IMG/VR virus record: IMGVR_UViG_3300012953_000013
Location: 1 to 64,000 of that record
DNA length: 64,000 nucleotides
Direction: 5' to 3' (one strand)
From: a virus
A program made the translations under genes and the position numbers. Of the stretch, positions 37,059-46,513 are shown one piece after another (position 1 is the first letter of the stretch; every line of letters begins with the position of its first letter). The notes under the pieces are model-generated. The model was not told the origin of the DNA and did not search any database. It saw only the letters and a program-made list of their open reading frames with translations.

Positions 37059-37743
37059 AGATATAAAAAAATGAAACCCTCAGCACTTCTCGGTTCCACC
37101 TCGTGACCATCAAACCTTTTGAGTCTGTCCCCTTGCGGGTTAGATGTAAGCACACGGAATAGTTAGTTCCTTCACGAGCTTTCTCCCTGTTCTTGATCGG
37201 TAAGGATCACGGAACAGCACGCCCTACTATCGCCATAACATTCTGCGCTCATTTGAGTAAGCTGTACACTTCCCCTCTAATTTGCGCGCCACATTTCCAA
37301 ACCTTGGGTGGATGTCCATGTGACCCCTTTCGGGACGGTAGTTTTGTTGCCAATTCTACCAGAGAGACTTCTGTTACCGACAGTTGAATTCTAGAGGATC
37401 TTAATGGAAACTCTTTCCCAAGCCTTTCAGTTTGGTTATTGCCCTTATCCCGTTTTCGCGATGAATTCACAAGTCCGCGAATATCTTTGGCAGCAATTCC
37501 TCAGTGGTATGAGGACTCTTACCTTAGACTACTGGATGATATTCAGAGGTACCACCCCCTTTAACTCATCCCCTCTCTTAGTTTGGCGGCATGCCGTAAG
37601 ACCGACACCTTCCAAATCGAGGTTTTCTCTACCAACCGCTTTCGCCGCTTCTCAGGAGCCAGTAATTCCACCTGAGTTTTGAGACCCGAGAACTAGGGTC
37701 TATACCTTTCTAAGTTTTTAAAGATCGAATTAATTTATTAATT
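37031..37743 (-). ncRNA. Large structured ncRNA (~710 nt), GOLLD/ROOL-like candidate
   Basis: Raised GC, no credible ORF, many nested stems, GCAA/GAAA tetraloops on the minus strand, own promoter and terminator, inside a tRNA region. Confidence 0.7.
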
Positions 37744-37749
37744 ATCTGT

Positions 37750-37778
37750 ATTATAATGATGATTCATGCAATGTTCAA
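37750..37778 (-). promoter_or_regulatory. Sigma70-like promoter TTGAAC-N17-TATAAT for the large ncRNA
   Basis: Read directly. Confidence 0.7.
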
Positions 37779-37792
37779 TAAAAAGTTAATTT

Positions 37793-38260
37793 TTATTTTG
37801 TGTGAGAATCAGCAATAAAAGCCGCCCATGAATAAGGCTTAACTCTACACTTAAAGCCTGCGCCTTTTACCCATCCATTAACAGCATCGACAAAAACTCT
37901 AGTAGCTGATCTATGAGTTCTGCCGATATCTACATGGACCTCAATGTCTGCTTGAGGATATTTTTCTATTAAATCCATAGCAATGTCGATAGAATTTTGC
38001 ACTTCTTTCATTATTCTCACTCTTAAAACTGTATATTTTTCTCTTTTCAGTTTTTGTCTGTTGAAAAAATATGTTGCATAAAATTTATCTACTTGGCCGT
38101 GCAAGCAAATAGTTGTTACAAAAGTACACCTATCACTCTTAACTTGGCTATCGGTGCCTATAAATACTTTCCCACCGCCAACAATATATTTGTCGATCCG
38201 AGCCATCAGATCTGTAAAGGGTATGGGATCTCCCGATCCTGTAAACCATCGGTCTTTCAT
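37793..38260 (-). CDS. RNase H-like YkuK family protein
   Basis: VFIGTDSQ, KEVQNSI, IEVHVDIG, KPYSWAA...AD. Confidence 0.8.
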   Translation of the reverse strand: MKDRWFTGSGDPIPFTDLMARIDKYIVGGGKVFIGTDSQVKSDRCTFVTTICLHGQVDKFYATYFFNRQKLKREKYTVLRVRIMKEVQNSIDIAMDLIEKYPQADIEVHVDIGRTHRSATRVFVDAVNGWVKGAGFKCRVKPYSWAAFIADSHTK

Positions 38261-38320
38261 TAACGCACCATATAACTTTAACTATTTGAGTATTAAGTTT
38301 TTTTCATAAATTGTCCAAAA

Positions 38321-38397
38321 TGGTCGGGATGGCAGGATTTGAACCTGCGACCCTCTGCTCCCAAAGCAGATGCGCTGCCAGACTGCGCTACACCCCG
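38321..38397 (-). tRNA. tRNA-Pro(TGG)
   Basis: Cloverleaf, loop TTTGGGA, CCA. Confidence 0.95.
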
Positions 38398-38533
38398 TAA
38401 ATCTGTCGAATTGTTTTTAGTTATCCCATATCATATTAAAAAGGTTACTGGAGGTGGTGCTCCCTCTGTTCACCTGCTTGTATTAAACCAAAGCACCTTA
38501 GCTAAAAACCATTCACTGATTTATAAAAACATT

Positions 38534-38770
38534 TTAATCTCTTTTTTTTACTATCTCTACACTTCCATCTGGTCTTCTAATTGTTATACCTTCCCAATCG
38601 CAAAAATCTTTCAAAGTCCCACCTGGCTTTAAATTGCAAGTTGATGTTTCTGGATGATTTGAACACCTTGCAAAACTTTTGGACCCCGGTGCTGTATTGT
38701 TGTGAGACCAAACAATGGGCTCAGAACACTTGGGACATAATTGTAGTTTTTTTAATCTAGCCATATTCAT
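38534..38770 (-). CDS. Zn-ribbon hypothetical protein
   Basis: CPKC...C...C...C. Confidence 0.65.
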   Translation of the reverse strand: MNMARLKKLQLCPKCSEPIVWSHNNTAPGSKSFARCSNHPETSTCNLKPGGTLKDFCDWEGITIRRPDGSVEIVKKRD

Positions 38771-38779
38771 TTAAATATA

Positions 38780-38855
38780 TGGAGCGGGTGATGAGACTCG
38801 AACTCACAACATTCAGCTTGGAAGGCTGACGCTCTACCAATTGAGCTACACCCGC
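38780..38855 (-). tRNA. tRNA-Gly(TCC)
   Basis: Cloverleaf, loop CTTCCAA, CCA. Confidence 0.95.
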
Positions 38856-38862
38856 ATATAAA

Positions 38863-39744
38863 TCATTCAACATGACCAGTTCCTATAACTTCCCACTTCA
38901 TATGACTCTGAAAGATTCCTCCTAAATCTTGGGAACTAATTAATTCTATTCTATGTCTAATAAAATGTACAGCCGCAATTGAATTAATTGGAAACTGCTG
39001 TATGTAAGAACCCGGAATAATCATATATCCAGAGTCATCATCCATGCAACTAACTGCTCCTAAAAAAGTCGAGCCATCTGAACTATAAACAGCAACTATT
39101 ATTTCAAACTGAGAATTAGGGACTGAAGGGTACCAATTGAATGTCGTTCCAGATTTACTAATCACTGCTTCATACGCGTAAGATGGATCAACCCACAAAA
39201 GCGTATAAGGTTCTATAGAATCAAAACCCTCTAGAGTTTGAAAAGCATTAACTATCGTGCCATTTTCACTGGACACCGTATGAAAAGTATTTCTACTATA
39301 CTCATGCTCTAATAAATTAGTGTTAGACCAAGAACCATTTCCTGAAGGATAAAGGGGGATACTGTTAAAGTACGCTGGTTGTGTTGATGGCATTCCTTGA
39401 GAAGAGACATAAGTTTCGTATATATCGGTTTTACATGTCCCAACTTCTGTCAAATGGCTAGTATAGTCAGCAGCTGTTGGCAAATGCTGTTTTAATTCAG
39501 CAACAACTTGAATTTCGCTGCTAACTCCTAAGCAAGCTTGACAAGCTACTTGCTTAAAGTGAATTTCTGCGAATCCCACCAGTAAATCCGAAATAGAATC
39601 ATTTGTGTCAACTGAACTGCTCGTATCAGTATCTACCGTTATATTATCTTGCTGCTGCGCTGTGTCATTATTTGGCAGCTTCATTATACTAACATCTTGG
39701 CTGCAAGCCAAAAACGCTAAAGACACTATGATATTTCCAAACAT
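38863..39744 (-). CDS. Lipoprotein, beta-rich
   Basis: SLAFLAC lipobox; T/D-rich linker. Confidence 0.8.
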   Translation of the reverse strand: MFGNIIVSLAFLACSQDVSIMKLPNNDTAQQQDNITVDTDTSSSVDTNDSISDLLVGFAEIHFKQVACQACLGVSSEIQVVAELKQHLPTAADYTSHLTEVGTCKTDIYETYVSSQGMPSTQPAYFNSIPLYPSGNGSWSNTNLLEHEYSRNTFHTVSSENGTIVNAFQTLEGFDSIEPYTLLWVDPSYAYEAVISKSGTTFNWYPSVPNSQFEIIVAVYSSDGSTFLGAVSCMDDDSGYMIIPGSYIQQFPINSIAAVHFIRHRIELISSQDLGGIFQSHMKWEVIGTGHVE

Positions 39745-39749
39745 AGCGC

Positions 39750-39908
39750 TTACACAGATTTTAGAAAATTATAAAAACAAATAATAGCAAAAAAAGATCC
39801 AAGAAGGCCCCAACCATAATTGCCGTGATAGAAAGAGTTTACAGCAAAACCGCAATTAAAAGCTGCACAAGCAAAACTAAATGCGGAACTATTTAAAAAA
39901 TTAATCAA
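39750..39908 (-). CDS. 52-aa membrane peptide (TTG start)
   Basis: Translated by hand; hydrophobic. Confidence 0.45.
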   Translation of the reverse strand: MINFLNSSAFSFACAAFNCGFAVNSFYHGNYGWGLLGSFFAIICFYNFLKSV

Positions 39909-39935
39909 TTGTCATCCCTCAAAAATAAATTAAAA

Positions 39936-40012
<77 letters not shown>

Positions 40013-40044
40013 TCATAATATATTCTATACATAAAAAGAGAAGT

Positions 40045-40455
40045 TTACAATTTATCGATTAAAGACTTTGCTATTTCTTTTTTAAATCTCGTAGTTGACC
40101 ACTGATGGTCCCTTTGGTGATAATGAATAGGAATACTCAAATGATCTCCAGTGAACCCTCTGCCTATATAATCAGAACCAAGAATACGGACGTCTGGGCT
40201 AAGAGTCTCTAACAGTTTAACAAGATCTGATTCAGTCCAATAAGGCTGGACTTCATCAACATATTTTATAGACATCAATAAATCGTGTCTTTCTTGAGCT
40301 GTCAAAATCGGCTTCATTTTTTTTGAATTTTCTTCAGATGGATCTACATGGAGACCAACAATTAGCCAATCGCAGACGCTCTTTGAATCTTTGAACATTT
40401 TGACATATCCTGGATGAATAACATCAAAATTACCTGCTAAAAAACCTCTTTTCAT
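40045..40455 (-). CDS. Cytidylyltransferase (TagD/RfaE-like)
   Basis: GNFDVIHPGY HxGH-like motif, LIVGL, SIKYVDEV, STT. Confidence 0.85.
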   Translation of the reverse strand: MKRGFLAGNFDVIHPGYVKMFKDSKSVCDWLIVGLHVDPSEENSKKMKPILTAQERHDLLMSIKYVDEVQPYWTESDLVKLLETLSPDVRILGSDYIGRGFTGDHLSIPIHYHQRDHQWSTTRFKKEIAKSLIDKL

Positions 40456-40465
40456 TTTTTACACT

Positions 40466-40759
40466 TCACCCTTTAAAACTATCCCAAAAAGAAAGAAAGT
40501 CTTGCCGAGAATCTTTCGCCTTCTTCTTGTCGAGAAATAAAAACTTGATTGGAACTGTTCTATAGCCACCGCCAGTTTGGTCCCACAAACACGCGCATGC
40601 TGCGATTTTATCATCTGGATAAAATCGTTTAATAATCCCTTCGTGTGGGGCAGCGCTATCCACCATTGGAAACCAAGCCTTTTGCTCCAGTTCCCAACCC
40701 TCGAATTCTAAAAGTCCGGGATCAACTTTTTTTACTTTATTTTTCTTTCTTCTAGCCAT
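40466..40759 (-). CDS. Hypothetical protein
   Basis: 97 aa. Confidence 0.7.
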   Translation of the reverse strand: MARRKKNKVKKVDPGLLEFEGWELEQKAWFPMVDSAAPHEGIIKRFYPDDKIAACACLWDQTGGGYRTVPIKFLFLDKKKAKDSRQDFLSFWDSFKG

Positions 40760-40762
40760 AAT

Positions 40763-41059
40763 TTAAAACACACTGAGTAATACTGTTAAAATAATACTAA
40801 CCAAGAAACAGAAAGCTGAAAACATTAAACAGCCTAAAAAGAGTTTCAACAAGAAGTCTAAGACGTCGCCGCCTTCACCGTCGATGTCATCTGCAACCAT
40901 AAACGGAATCATAAAAAAATCAATGATAACACCTATACCGCAAAATCCTCCAGTGCAGAGATAAAGAATGCCTGTGTAAAATCGCCCTAAATAAAACCTA
41001 TGAGCTCCAGCAAAACCAAGAGCAAATAAGAAAGCATAGGAAATTAGAAGTTTACGCAT
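40763..41059 (-). CDS. TM2-domain membrane protein
   Basis: GFAGAHRFYLG...GILYLCTGGFCGIG.IIDF. Confidence 0.85.
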   Translation of the reverse strand: MRKLLISYAFLFALGFAGAHRFYLGRFYTGILYLCTGGFCGIGVIIDFFMIPFMVADDIDGEGGDVLDFLLKLFLGCLMFSAFCFLVSIILTVLLSVF

Positions 41060-41384
41060 TTTTTAGCCTCTCTTCGATAGATTTACGAATCTCTTCGTGG
41101 ACAAGTCTTCGACGAGCCCTCTTTTGTTTTGAAGTTGGTTTTGGTGAGCCAATACCATAAACTTTCTTCCATCCTTCAGTGGGACGTTTAGAATCACTCA
41201 GGGCTCTTTTCGAGATTTGCCGAAAGATTTTTCGAAACTTTCTGTTTACTTTTCTCCTCTCTTCGGGAGACATCTTTGATAGCATTTCTTCGAAATTTTC
41301 AATACTTTCCGGAGCAAATCCATTAACTGGAATCAATCCGGTCTCAAGATACTCAAGAAAAATCAAAGTTTCACGCAAGGCCAA
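41052..41384 (-). CDS. Basic helical hypothetical protein
   Basis: 110 aa. Confidence 0.7.
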   Translation of the reverse strand: MALRETLIFLEYLETGLIPVNGFAPESIENFEEMLSKMSPEERRKVNRKFRKIFRQISKRALSDSKRPTEGWKKVYGIGSPKPTSKQKRARRRLVHEEIRKSIEERLKNA

Positions 41385-41398
41385 CTCCTTATAGTACT

Positions 41399-41427
41399 AT
41401 TATACCATACTACGAGCTTTTTTTCAC
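41399..41427 (-). promoter_or_regulatory. GTGAAA-N17-TATAAT promoter
   Basis: ctGTGAAAaaaagctcgtagtatggTATAAT, overlapping the end of the upstream ORF. Confidence 0.7.
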
Positions 41428-41736
41428 AGTTCTTCCGCGTTTTCTTTTTTTATTTAAGGTGTTTGGTTTGGGGTTTCTTGGTTTTTTTATTATACATCTG
41501 TCAAAAACAAAAGTTTTGTCTCCAGCAGATTCAAAAGGAATTTGCCAGTTTTTTCTTAAGTAATCTGCTTCTTCTTGGAAGACTAGCTCTGCCATCCAGC
41601 CAGAGTATCCGGGCCAATCAAAATTATTGCCCCTTGAAGGTTTAACAAAAACCCTCTCAATCAATCTTACATGAATATGGGGAATCGCGTCTCCAGCAGG
41701 AGATTTCACCAGCACAACATCGCCAGCTTTTTTCAT
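41410..41736 (-). CDS. GDLV protein with basic tail
   Basis: MKKAGDVVLV. Confidence 0.7.
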   Translation of the reverse strand: MKKAGDVVLVKSPAGDAIPHIHVRLIERVFVKPSRGNNFDWPGYSGWMAELVFQEEADYLRKNWQIPFESAGDKTFVFDRCIIKKPRNPKPNTLNKKRKRGRTVKKSS

Positions 41737-41739
41737 TAA

Positions 41740-42750
41740 TTATGTGTTAACCCAATCAGACTGAGTGTTGATTCTCTTATTAAACCTTTTGTAGAGTTCT
41801 TCTGCTTTAGAAGAATCTCCGGCAACGGAATCGTCTATAAGATCTAATAAATCTTCAGCTTCTTCCGAGGAAAAGAAAGCCCGAAAACCTGAAGGAAGAC
41901 TCGAAACACTTTCTAAATAATTTGTCATATCAACTAGTAGTCTATCTTGCGGATCTGCTGCTAATACTCTGGATTTTATTTCTGTTTTACTAACTCCACC
42001 CCTGCCGCTAAACATCGCGTAGAGAGGTGACTGAAGTCTTTGAACAGACGAATAATCTGGGTTTGGAATCTTGAAGACTCTATCTGGAGTTTGAACCATT
42101 AAACCCTCTATTGGGCCGCCAAGAAGACTTTGGTCTACAGAATAAGCTATAATACTAGAAACTAAAGATCCGTAATCTTTAAGTTCAGACCTTTTAAGCT
42201 TTCCAGAACTAAGATTTGTTTTTGCGTCTTCTAAAAGCTCAATATCTTCTGGAGAAAGTTCAAAAGAATCATGGGAAATTTCTTCTAAAGAAACAAACCT
42301 GATTCCATCTTGAGATTGATTCAGCATATTTGTTTCCTCTGCTGTCAACTCTCCAGTATACTCTATAGCAGCCGGTTGGTCACCAATCAAGTAGTTTATA
42401 TAGTCTGGTCTTGAAACCGCGTCTATAAATTCAAAAGCAAACCGTCTAGAAGAAACAGGCGTCTCTAAAGCTGATAGTGCTGTCGTTATTTGTTTTGCTT
42501 TTCCTCTAGGTTCTCCCCATGAGCTTCCAGCTTCTCTACCGCTTTTTGTCTTAGAAGAAAAAGAGCCAGTGTCAGAGCCGTGAAGTATCTCTGAATGGCT
42601 TCCAGCGAATTTTTCTGAAAAATCAAAAACGCCCTCTCCAGTCAAAACATAGTTTATAAGATCTATTATCTCTTGTTGAGAAAGATCTCCAGGTTGTTTT
42701 GTACGAGCCTCTTTGATGACTTGCTTTATTAATTTTCTCAGCTCTTTCAT
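41740..42750 (-). CDS. Tagged protein with ligase-like nucleotidyltransferase motifs
   Basis: MKELRKLIKQVIKEA; AFEFI and PIEGLMV...FKI resemble motifs III/IV/V. Confidence 0.6.
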   Translation of the reverse strand: MKELRKLIKQVIKEARTKQPGDLSQQEIIDLINYVLTGEGVFDFSEKFAGSHSEILHGSDTGSFSSKTKSGREAGSSWGEPRGKAKQITTALSALETPVSSRRFAFEFIDAVSRPDYINYLIGDQPAAIEYTGELTAEETNMLNQSQDGIRFVSLEEISHDSFELSPEDIELLEDAKTNLSSGKLKRSELKDYGSLVSSIIAYSVDQSLLGGPIEGLMVQTPDRVFKIPNPDYSSVQRLQSPLYAMFSGRGGVSKTEIKSRVLAADPQDRLLVDMTNYLESVSSLPSGFRAFFSSEEAEDLLDLIDDSVAGDSSKAEELYKRFNKRINTQSDWVNT

Positions 42751-43352
42751 TCTAACACCGCAAAAATAAAGTCTCTAACTAAATCTTCACTCAAGTTAGA
42801 TCTTAAAATATTATAGATATTTTCTCCATTAACACCAGGAGGCATGTAGCTAGAAAATTTTTCCAAGTTGCCAACTTCTAAATAGTGGCGCAGTTTTCCA
42901 CCACTTACGTTGGGGGTGCCTTCTCCACGAGTGAACCTACCAGGATCTTCTTCGGCAGCAAAAATTACCCTACCTAAACTGCACATGGGCTCCATGTACT
43001 TTTCTCTAGAGACTTCAGGGTAATTTTGGGACGTATCTTCAGGATCTGAATAAACTGTATAGATATCGTTTTCATCACCGGTTGAACATGCTTGTTCAAT
43101 AGCTTGGTAAACTTTTCTTACGGGAGACCCTCCATATTCAATGCTGACGTTTGAGGGCATTATTGCTTCAAGCTCTTCACTCCATATTCTCTGCATAGCG
43201 CTCCCAAGAACAGGAAACTCACCCTCTCTTTTTCTGTCTGAAGTAGAAACAAACAAAATTACTTGATCATTTTCTTCAGACGCTATCATTACTAGAGAAT
43301 GGTGACCAACATGATATGGTTTCGCTGATACTGGAACTAGACCGATTCGCAT
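42747..43352 (-). CDS. HxGH-family nucleotidyltransferase-like protein
   Basis: SAKPYHVGHH, SGGKLR (KMSKS-like); C-terminal LVRDFIFAVLE. Confidence 0.75.
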   Translation of the reverse strand: MRIGLVPVSAKPYHVGHHSLVMIASEENDQVILFVSTSDRKREGEFPVLGSAMQRIWSEELEAIMPSNVSIEYGGSPVRKVYQAIEQACSTGDENDIYTVYSDPEDTSQNYPEVSREKYMEPMCSLGRVIFAAEEDPGRFTRGEGTPNVSGGKLRHYLEVGNLEKFSSYMPPGVNGENIYNILRSNLSEDLVRDFIFAVLE

Positions 43353-43492
43353 TTAGAACTCCCAAAAGATTTTTTAATTACAACTAAATATATAGCAGAG
43401 CTTACAATTATGCTAACAACGACCTGCTCGATTATTCTCACTGCTCGGCTAGGTTTTCTAAGATATTTCTTTTTTCTTCTCAAACACAAAGA

Positions 43493-43666
43493 TCACCTCT
43501 GGCATTTACAATTACAATTAGTTAACAGCGAATTTTTTGGTGGTAAATCATGAGATTGAACCCACCACCAAACAAAAATTGCTAACACTAAAGAGATCAA
43601 TGCTAGTAAAGGACTTTGCGGGATTAAAGAATGTAAGTGAAACGACTTTTTTCTTTTTTCTCGCAT
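43493..43666 (-). CDS. 57-aa membrane protein
   Basis: Translated by hand; TM helix and CNCKC tail. Confidence 0.5.
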   Translation of the reverse strand: MREKRKKSFHLHSLIPQSPLLALISLVLAIFVWWWVQSHDLPPKNSLLTNCNCKCQR

Positions 43667-43718
43667 GTTGATCTCTTGTTTTATGCATAAGAGATTATAT
43701 TAAAAAACCAAGCTTTTT

Positions 43719-44186
43719 TCAAGAAGTAGCAACAAATAATTCTAAATCTACAGCTTCAGAATTTGCCTTGGCTTTTAAAGAAGTAAAATCGACGTATGAG
43801 TCGAAAGCACTTCCTGCAGCAGATCCAGAAATTTTAGCATTACTAAAAATAAAAGACTGCCCAGCATCTAGCCTCACATCGTAACGATTGAAATCTTCTG
43901 GAGTATTTGAGGAAGAAACAAAAGAAAGCCTAACCCAATTAGAGTTGTCTAAGTTAGTGACTCTTCCGTATTTAACACTATCAATACCAAAAGTTCCAGG
44001 GCCTACACTACCCGAAAGCTGTAGAAGCGTAGTCGTATCTGCTATCGGAACTGAAACAATTCTTTGAGACACGTCAGCCACGCCTTTTATTTTGATTTCG
44101 TTTCTATTACCGAAATCTTGATTATTTATTTTTACTTCTTCGCGGAGAACTACTGTTAAAGTTCCCGGATTAATTTTTGATCCCAT
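43719..44186 (-). CDS. Beta-rich hypothetical protein, possibly virion structural
   Basis: S/T/G/V-rich; ATAATTA upstream. Confidence 0.65.
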   Translation of the reverse strand: MGSKINPGTLTVVLREEVKINNQDFGNRNEIKIKGVADVSQRIVSVPIADTTTLLQLSGSVGPGTFGIDSVKYGRVTNLDNSNWVRLSFVSSSNTPEDFNRYDVRLDAGQSFIFSNAKISGSAAGSAFDSYVDFTSLKAKANSEAVDLELFVATS

Positions 44187-44210
44187 ATGAAAACTCCCTA
44201 CTTTTTCTAA

Positions 44211-45056
44211 TTATTCAGGAGAGAATCTATATTTCGGCTCTATTTCAAACATTTGCGGTTCTACAGAATCATCAAGAGTTTTTAACCATTCTATTTCTTC
44301 AGAAGCAGCTTCTGGATTATTAAACGCTTTCCACCAACATGTTACATTTGGATCCCATCGATACCTTCTTTTCTTAAGCTCTGAATTTTTATCTCTAGGG
44401 CTTCCCATTGCAAAAACTCGATAGTCTGGACTGGATGCGGTTTCAACCAATTCTTGAATTTTATTATTTTTTCTCAGAACATGAATCATAGCATCAACGT
44501 CATTTGCTGCTTGGTGGGAGTCATACCAGAAACCCGTCCAAGCACACAAAACTTCTAAAGCTCTAGATGGACGGCAAAACCCTCTCCAGAATACTTGATT
44601 CATGGAGCAAGCCCAAACGCTTTCAGTGTTTTTAAGAGAAGCCCTGTTTAACTCTTTTTCAATAAAGCCTCTGTCAAAACTCGCGTTGTGACACACTACA
44701 AAATCTGCTCTATTAAGAGTTGAGTGAACCCAATTCCAGTCTATAGATTCTCCTGATACATCTTCATCAGAAATATTTGTTAAAGACTTAATTTCTTCAC
44801 TTAGAGGAAAACCGGGATCATTATAGTATGTTTTGCTTTTTGCTATAGCAGAAAACCCAAAGGTATTTCTATTGACTAAAGCAGGCCTGATGCAAATTTG
44901 AATCACTCTATCTACTTCAGCGTTCAATCCAGTAGTTTCAACGTCCAAAAAAACTACCATATAATCATCTTCGCTTCTCTCACAAGAAGGAGGATCTAGT
45001 TTTTCAAACTTATGAATCGTTACTGTTTTTTCGCCTTCAACCGCTAAATGCTTCAA
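44211..45056 (-). CDS. DEDDh 3'-5' exonuclease (DnaQ-like)
   Basis: FLDVETTGL, CHNASFDR, HQAANDV. Confidence 0.9.
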   Translation of the reverse strand: MKHLAVEGEKTVTIHKFEKLDPPSCERSEDDYMVVFLDVETTGLNAEVDRVIQICIRPALVNRNTFGFSAIAKSKTYYNDPGFPLSEEIKSLTNISDEDVSGESIDWNWVHSTLNRADFVVCHNASFDRGFIEKELNRASLKNTESVWACSMNQVFWRGFCRPSRALEVLCAWTGFWYDSHQAANDVDAMIHVLRKNNKIQELVETASSPDYRVFAMGSPRDKNSELKKRRYRWDPNVTCWWKAFNNPEAASEEIEWLKTLDDSVEPQMFEIEPKYRFSPE

Positions 45057-45340
45057 TTTTCATACTCCTCGTCTAGTCTAGCTTGTTCTTTAATCCCCAT
45101 CAGTAGTGATTGTTCGAGCAAGCTAAAAAGCTGTTCTCTGTTATATTCTGAAATGTATTCTTGGCCGTCGCAAAATCTTTTCAAATTTTCAGTTAGAGAA
45201 GAATCTAAATCAATTAAAATATTGTTCAAATTCTCTACTAGCATATCTACTTTTTCGTCATCCCAATCACAAGCTTCTAAAATAGCAGTTTCGTTGTGAA
45301 GCATCGATATTTGTGACATCAAATATTGTATGGGATTCAT
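45053..45340 (-). CDS. Acidic helical hypothetical protein
   Basis: 95 aa. Confidence 0.7.
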   Translation of the reverse strand: MNPIQYLMSQISMLHNETAILEACDWDDEKVDMLVENLNNILIDLDSSLTENLKRFCDGQEYISEYNREQLFSLLEQSLLMGIKEQARLDEEYEN

Positions 45341-45342
45341 TT

Positions 45343-45540
45343 TTACTCATGCAGCGGCATTAAAAGGTTAATCGATATTGTTGTTTCAGTTCCATCATCA
45401 AACTTGATGTGGGCTTCTGTTTTAAGGTCAGAAGTTCCGCCAACAAACCAAGCTTTTGGCTTTTCTCTATGTAAGGAGAGAACTGTGGCTTTTACCCTCA
45501 TGTCGCTAAAAAGCGTTACTCTATCACCTGGTTTAATCAT
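45343..45540 (-). CDS. Small GDLV protein
   Basis: MIKPGDRVTL. Confidence 0.7.
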   Translation of the reverse strand: MIKPGDRVTLFSDMRVKATVLSLHREKPKAWFVGGTSDLKTEAHIKFDDGTETTISINLLMPLHE

Positions 45541-45582
45541 ATTAATATCCTATAAGTTATTTTAAGTTTGTACAAGAAATTG

Positions 45583-46443
45583 TCAAAAGATACTCAAATA
45601 TCTTTCTCCGCGGTCGCACAACATGGTGACTACAGACTTGCTTGGCTTGTTTTCTTTAACCCACCTTTCACTGGCAAGTATGTTTGCTCCGCTACTAATA
45701 CCAACGAGAATCCCTGTTTCTCGAGAGAATTTTTTTGCTCTGTCGATTGCGTCTTGAGTTTTTACCACTAAGACTTCGTTCATGTCTTCAGCTTTTGCTA
45801 AGAAATCTTTTCCATCACTTATTCCTTGAATTCCATGAGGAGATTCTGCAGGTACTACCATGCATATTTTAGTGTCTGGACACTCTCCATAGATGTTTCT
45901 CTGAACATATTGGCGTACACCTTCAATAGTTCCCCCGGTGCCAGAACCATGAATAAACGCTCCCCACTCTTCACCTAAGTTCTCTAGTTGGCAACTTATT
46001 TCTCTAGCTGTAATTGTTCTATGACACTCTATATTATCAGGGTTACTAAACTGGTCAGGACTCCAAGCATTTAAGTTTGATTTCATAAAATCATCCCGCA
46101 TTTCGATCGCTTTTTCAAAATCGCTGGGCGGGGCATCGATTATTTTAGCACCATAAGATTTCATCATTTGACGACGTTCTTCTGACATATTGCTCGGCAT
46201 AAATATATAACACTTTAATCCAAGAGAAGCAGCTATAGCACTAAGAGCAATTCCCGTATTTCCGCTAGTTGCTTCGCAGAGCACAGTATTTTCTCTTATT
46301 TCACCATAGTGCTGGGCTTTCTTTACGACATAGAAAACCATCCTGTCTTTCACAGAACCTGTAGGGTTATATGTTTCTAACTTAGCATAAATCTTATCTG
46401 AAATTTTTATGAGAGGCGTATTGCCCGTAATCTTCTCAAACAT
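45583..46443 (-). CDS. cysK: PLP-dependent cysteine synthase family protein
   Basis: TGNTPL, KLETYNPTGSVKDR, EATSGNTG, GSGTGGT, GISSGAN, DRGERYLS. Confidence 0.9.
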   Translation of the reverse strand: MFEKITGNTPLIKISDKIYAKLETYNPTGSVKDRMVFYVVKKAQHYGEIRENTVLCEATSGNTGIALSAIAASLGLKCYIFMPSNMSEERRQMMKSYGAKIIDAPPSDFEKAIEMRDDFMKSNLNAWSPDQFSNPDNIECHRTITAREISCQLENLGEEWGAFIHGSGTGGTIEGVRQYVQRNIYGECPDTKICMVVPAESPHGIQGISDGKDFLAKAEDMNEVLVVKTQDAIDRAKKFSRETGILVGISSGANILASERWVKENKPSKSVVTMLCDRGERYLSIF

Positions 46444-46513
46444 TATTCCCTCATTCTGGTATTTTAATTCAGTGTATAGATGATTGTATGAATTAAACAG
46501 CAGAAGTTAAGAG

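Noticed and set aside
37193-37682. Three short ORFs (37193-37387 +, 37249-37470 -, 37404-37682 +)
   Set aside because: No RBS or recognisable motifs; they overlap a densely base-paired region better explained as ncRNA
37031-37743. RNase P RNA or group I intron as the identity of the large RNA
   Set aside because: I could not find the RNase P P4 signature (GAGGAAAGUCC...AGCUUA) or interrupted exons flanking the element
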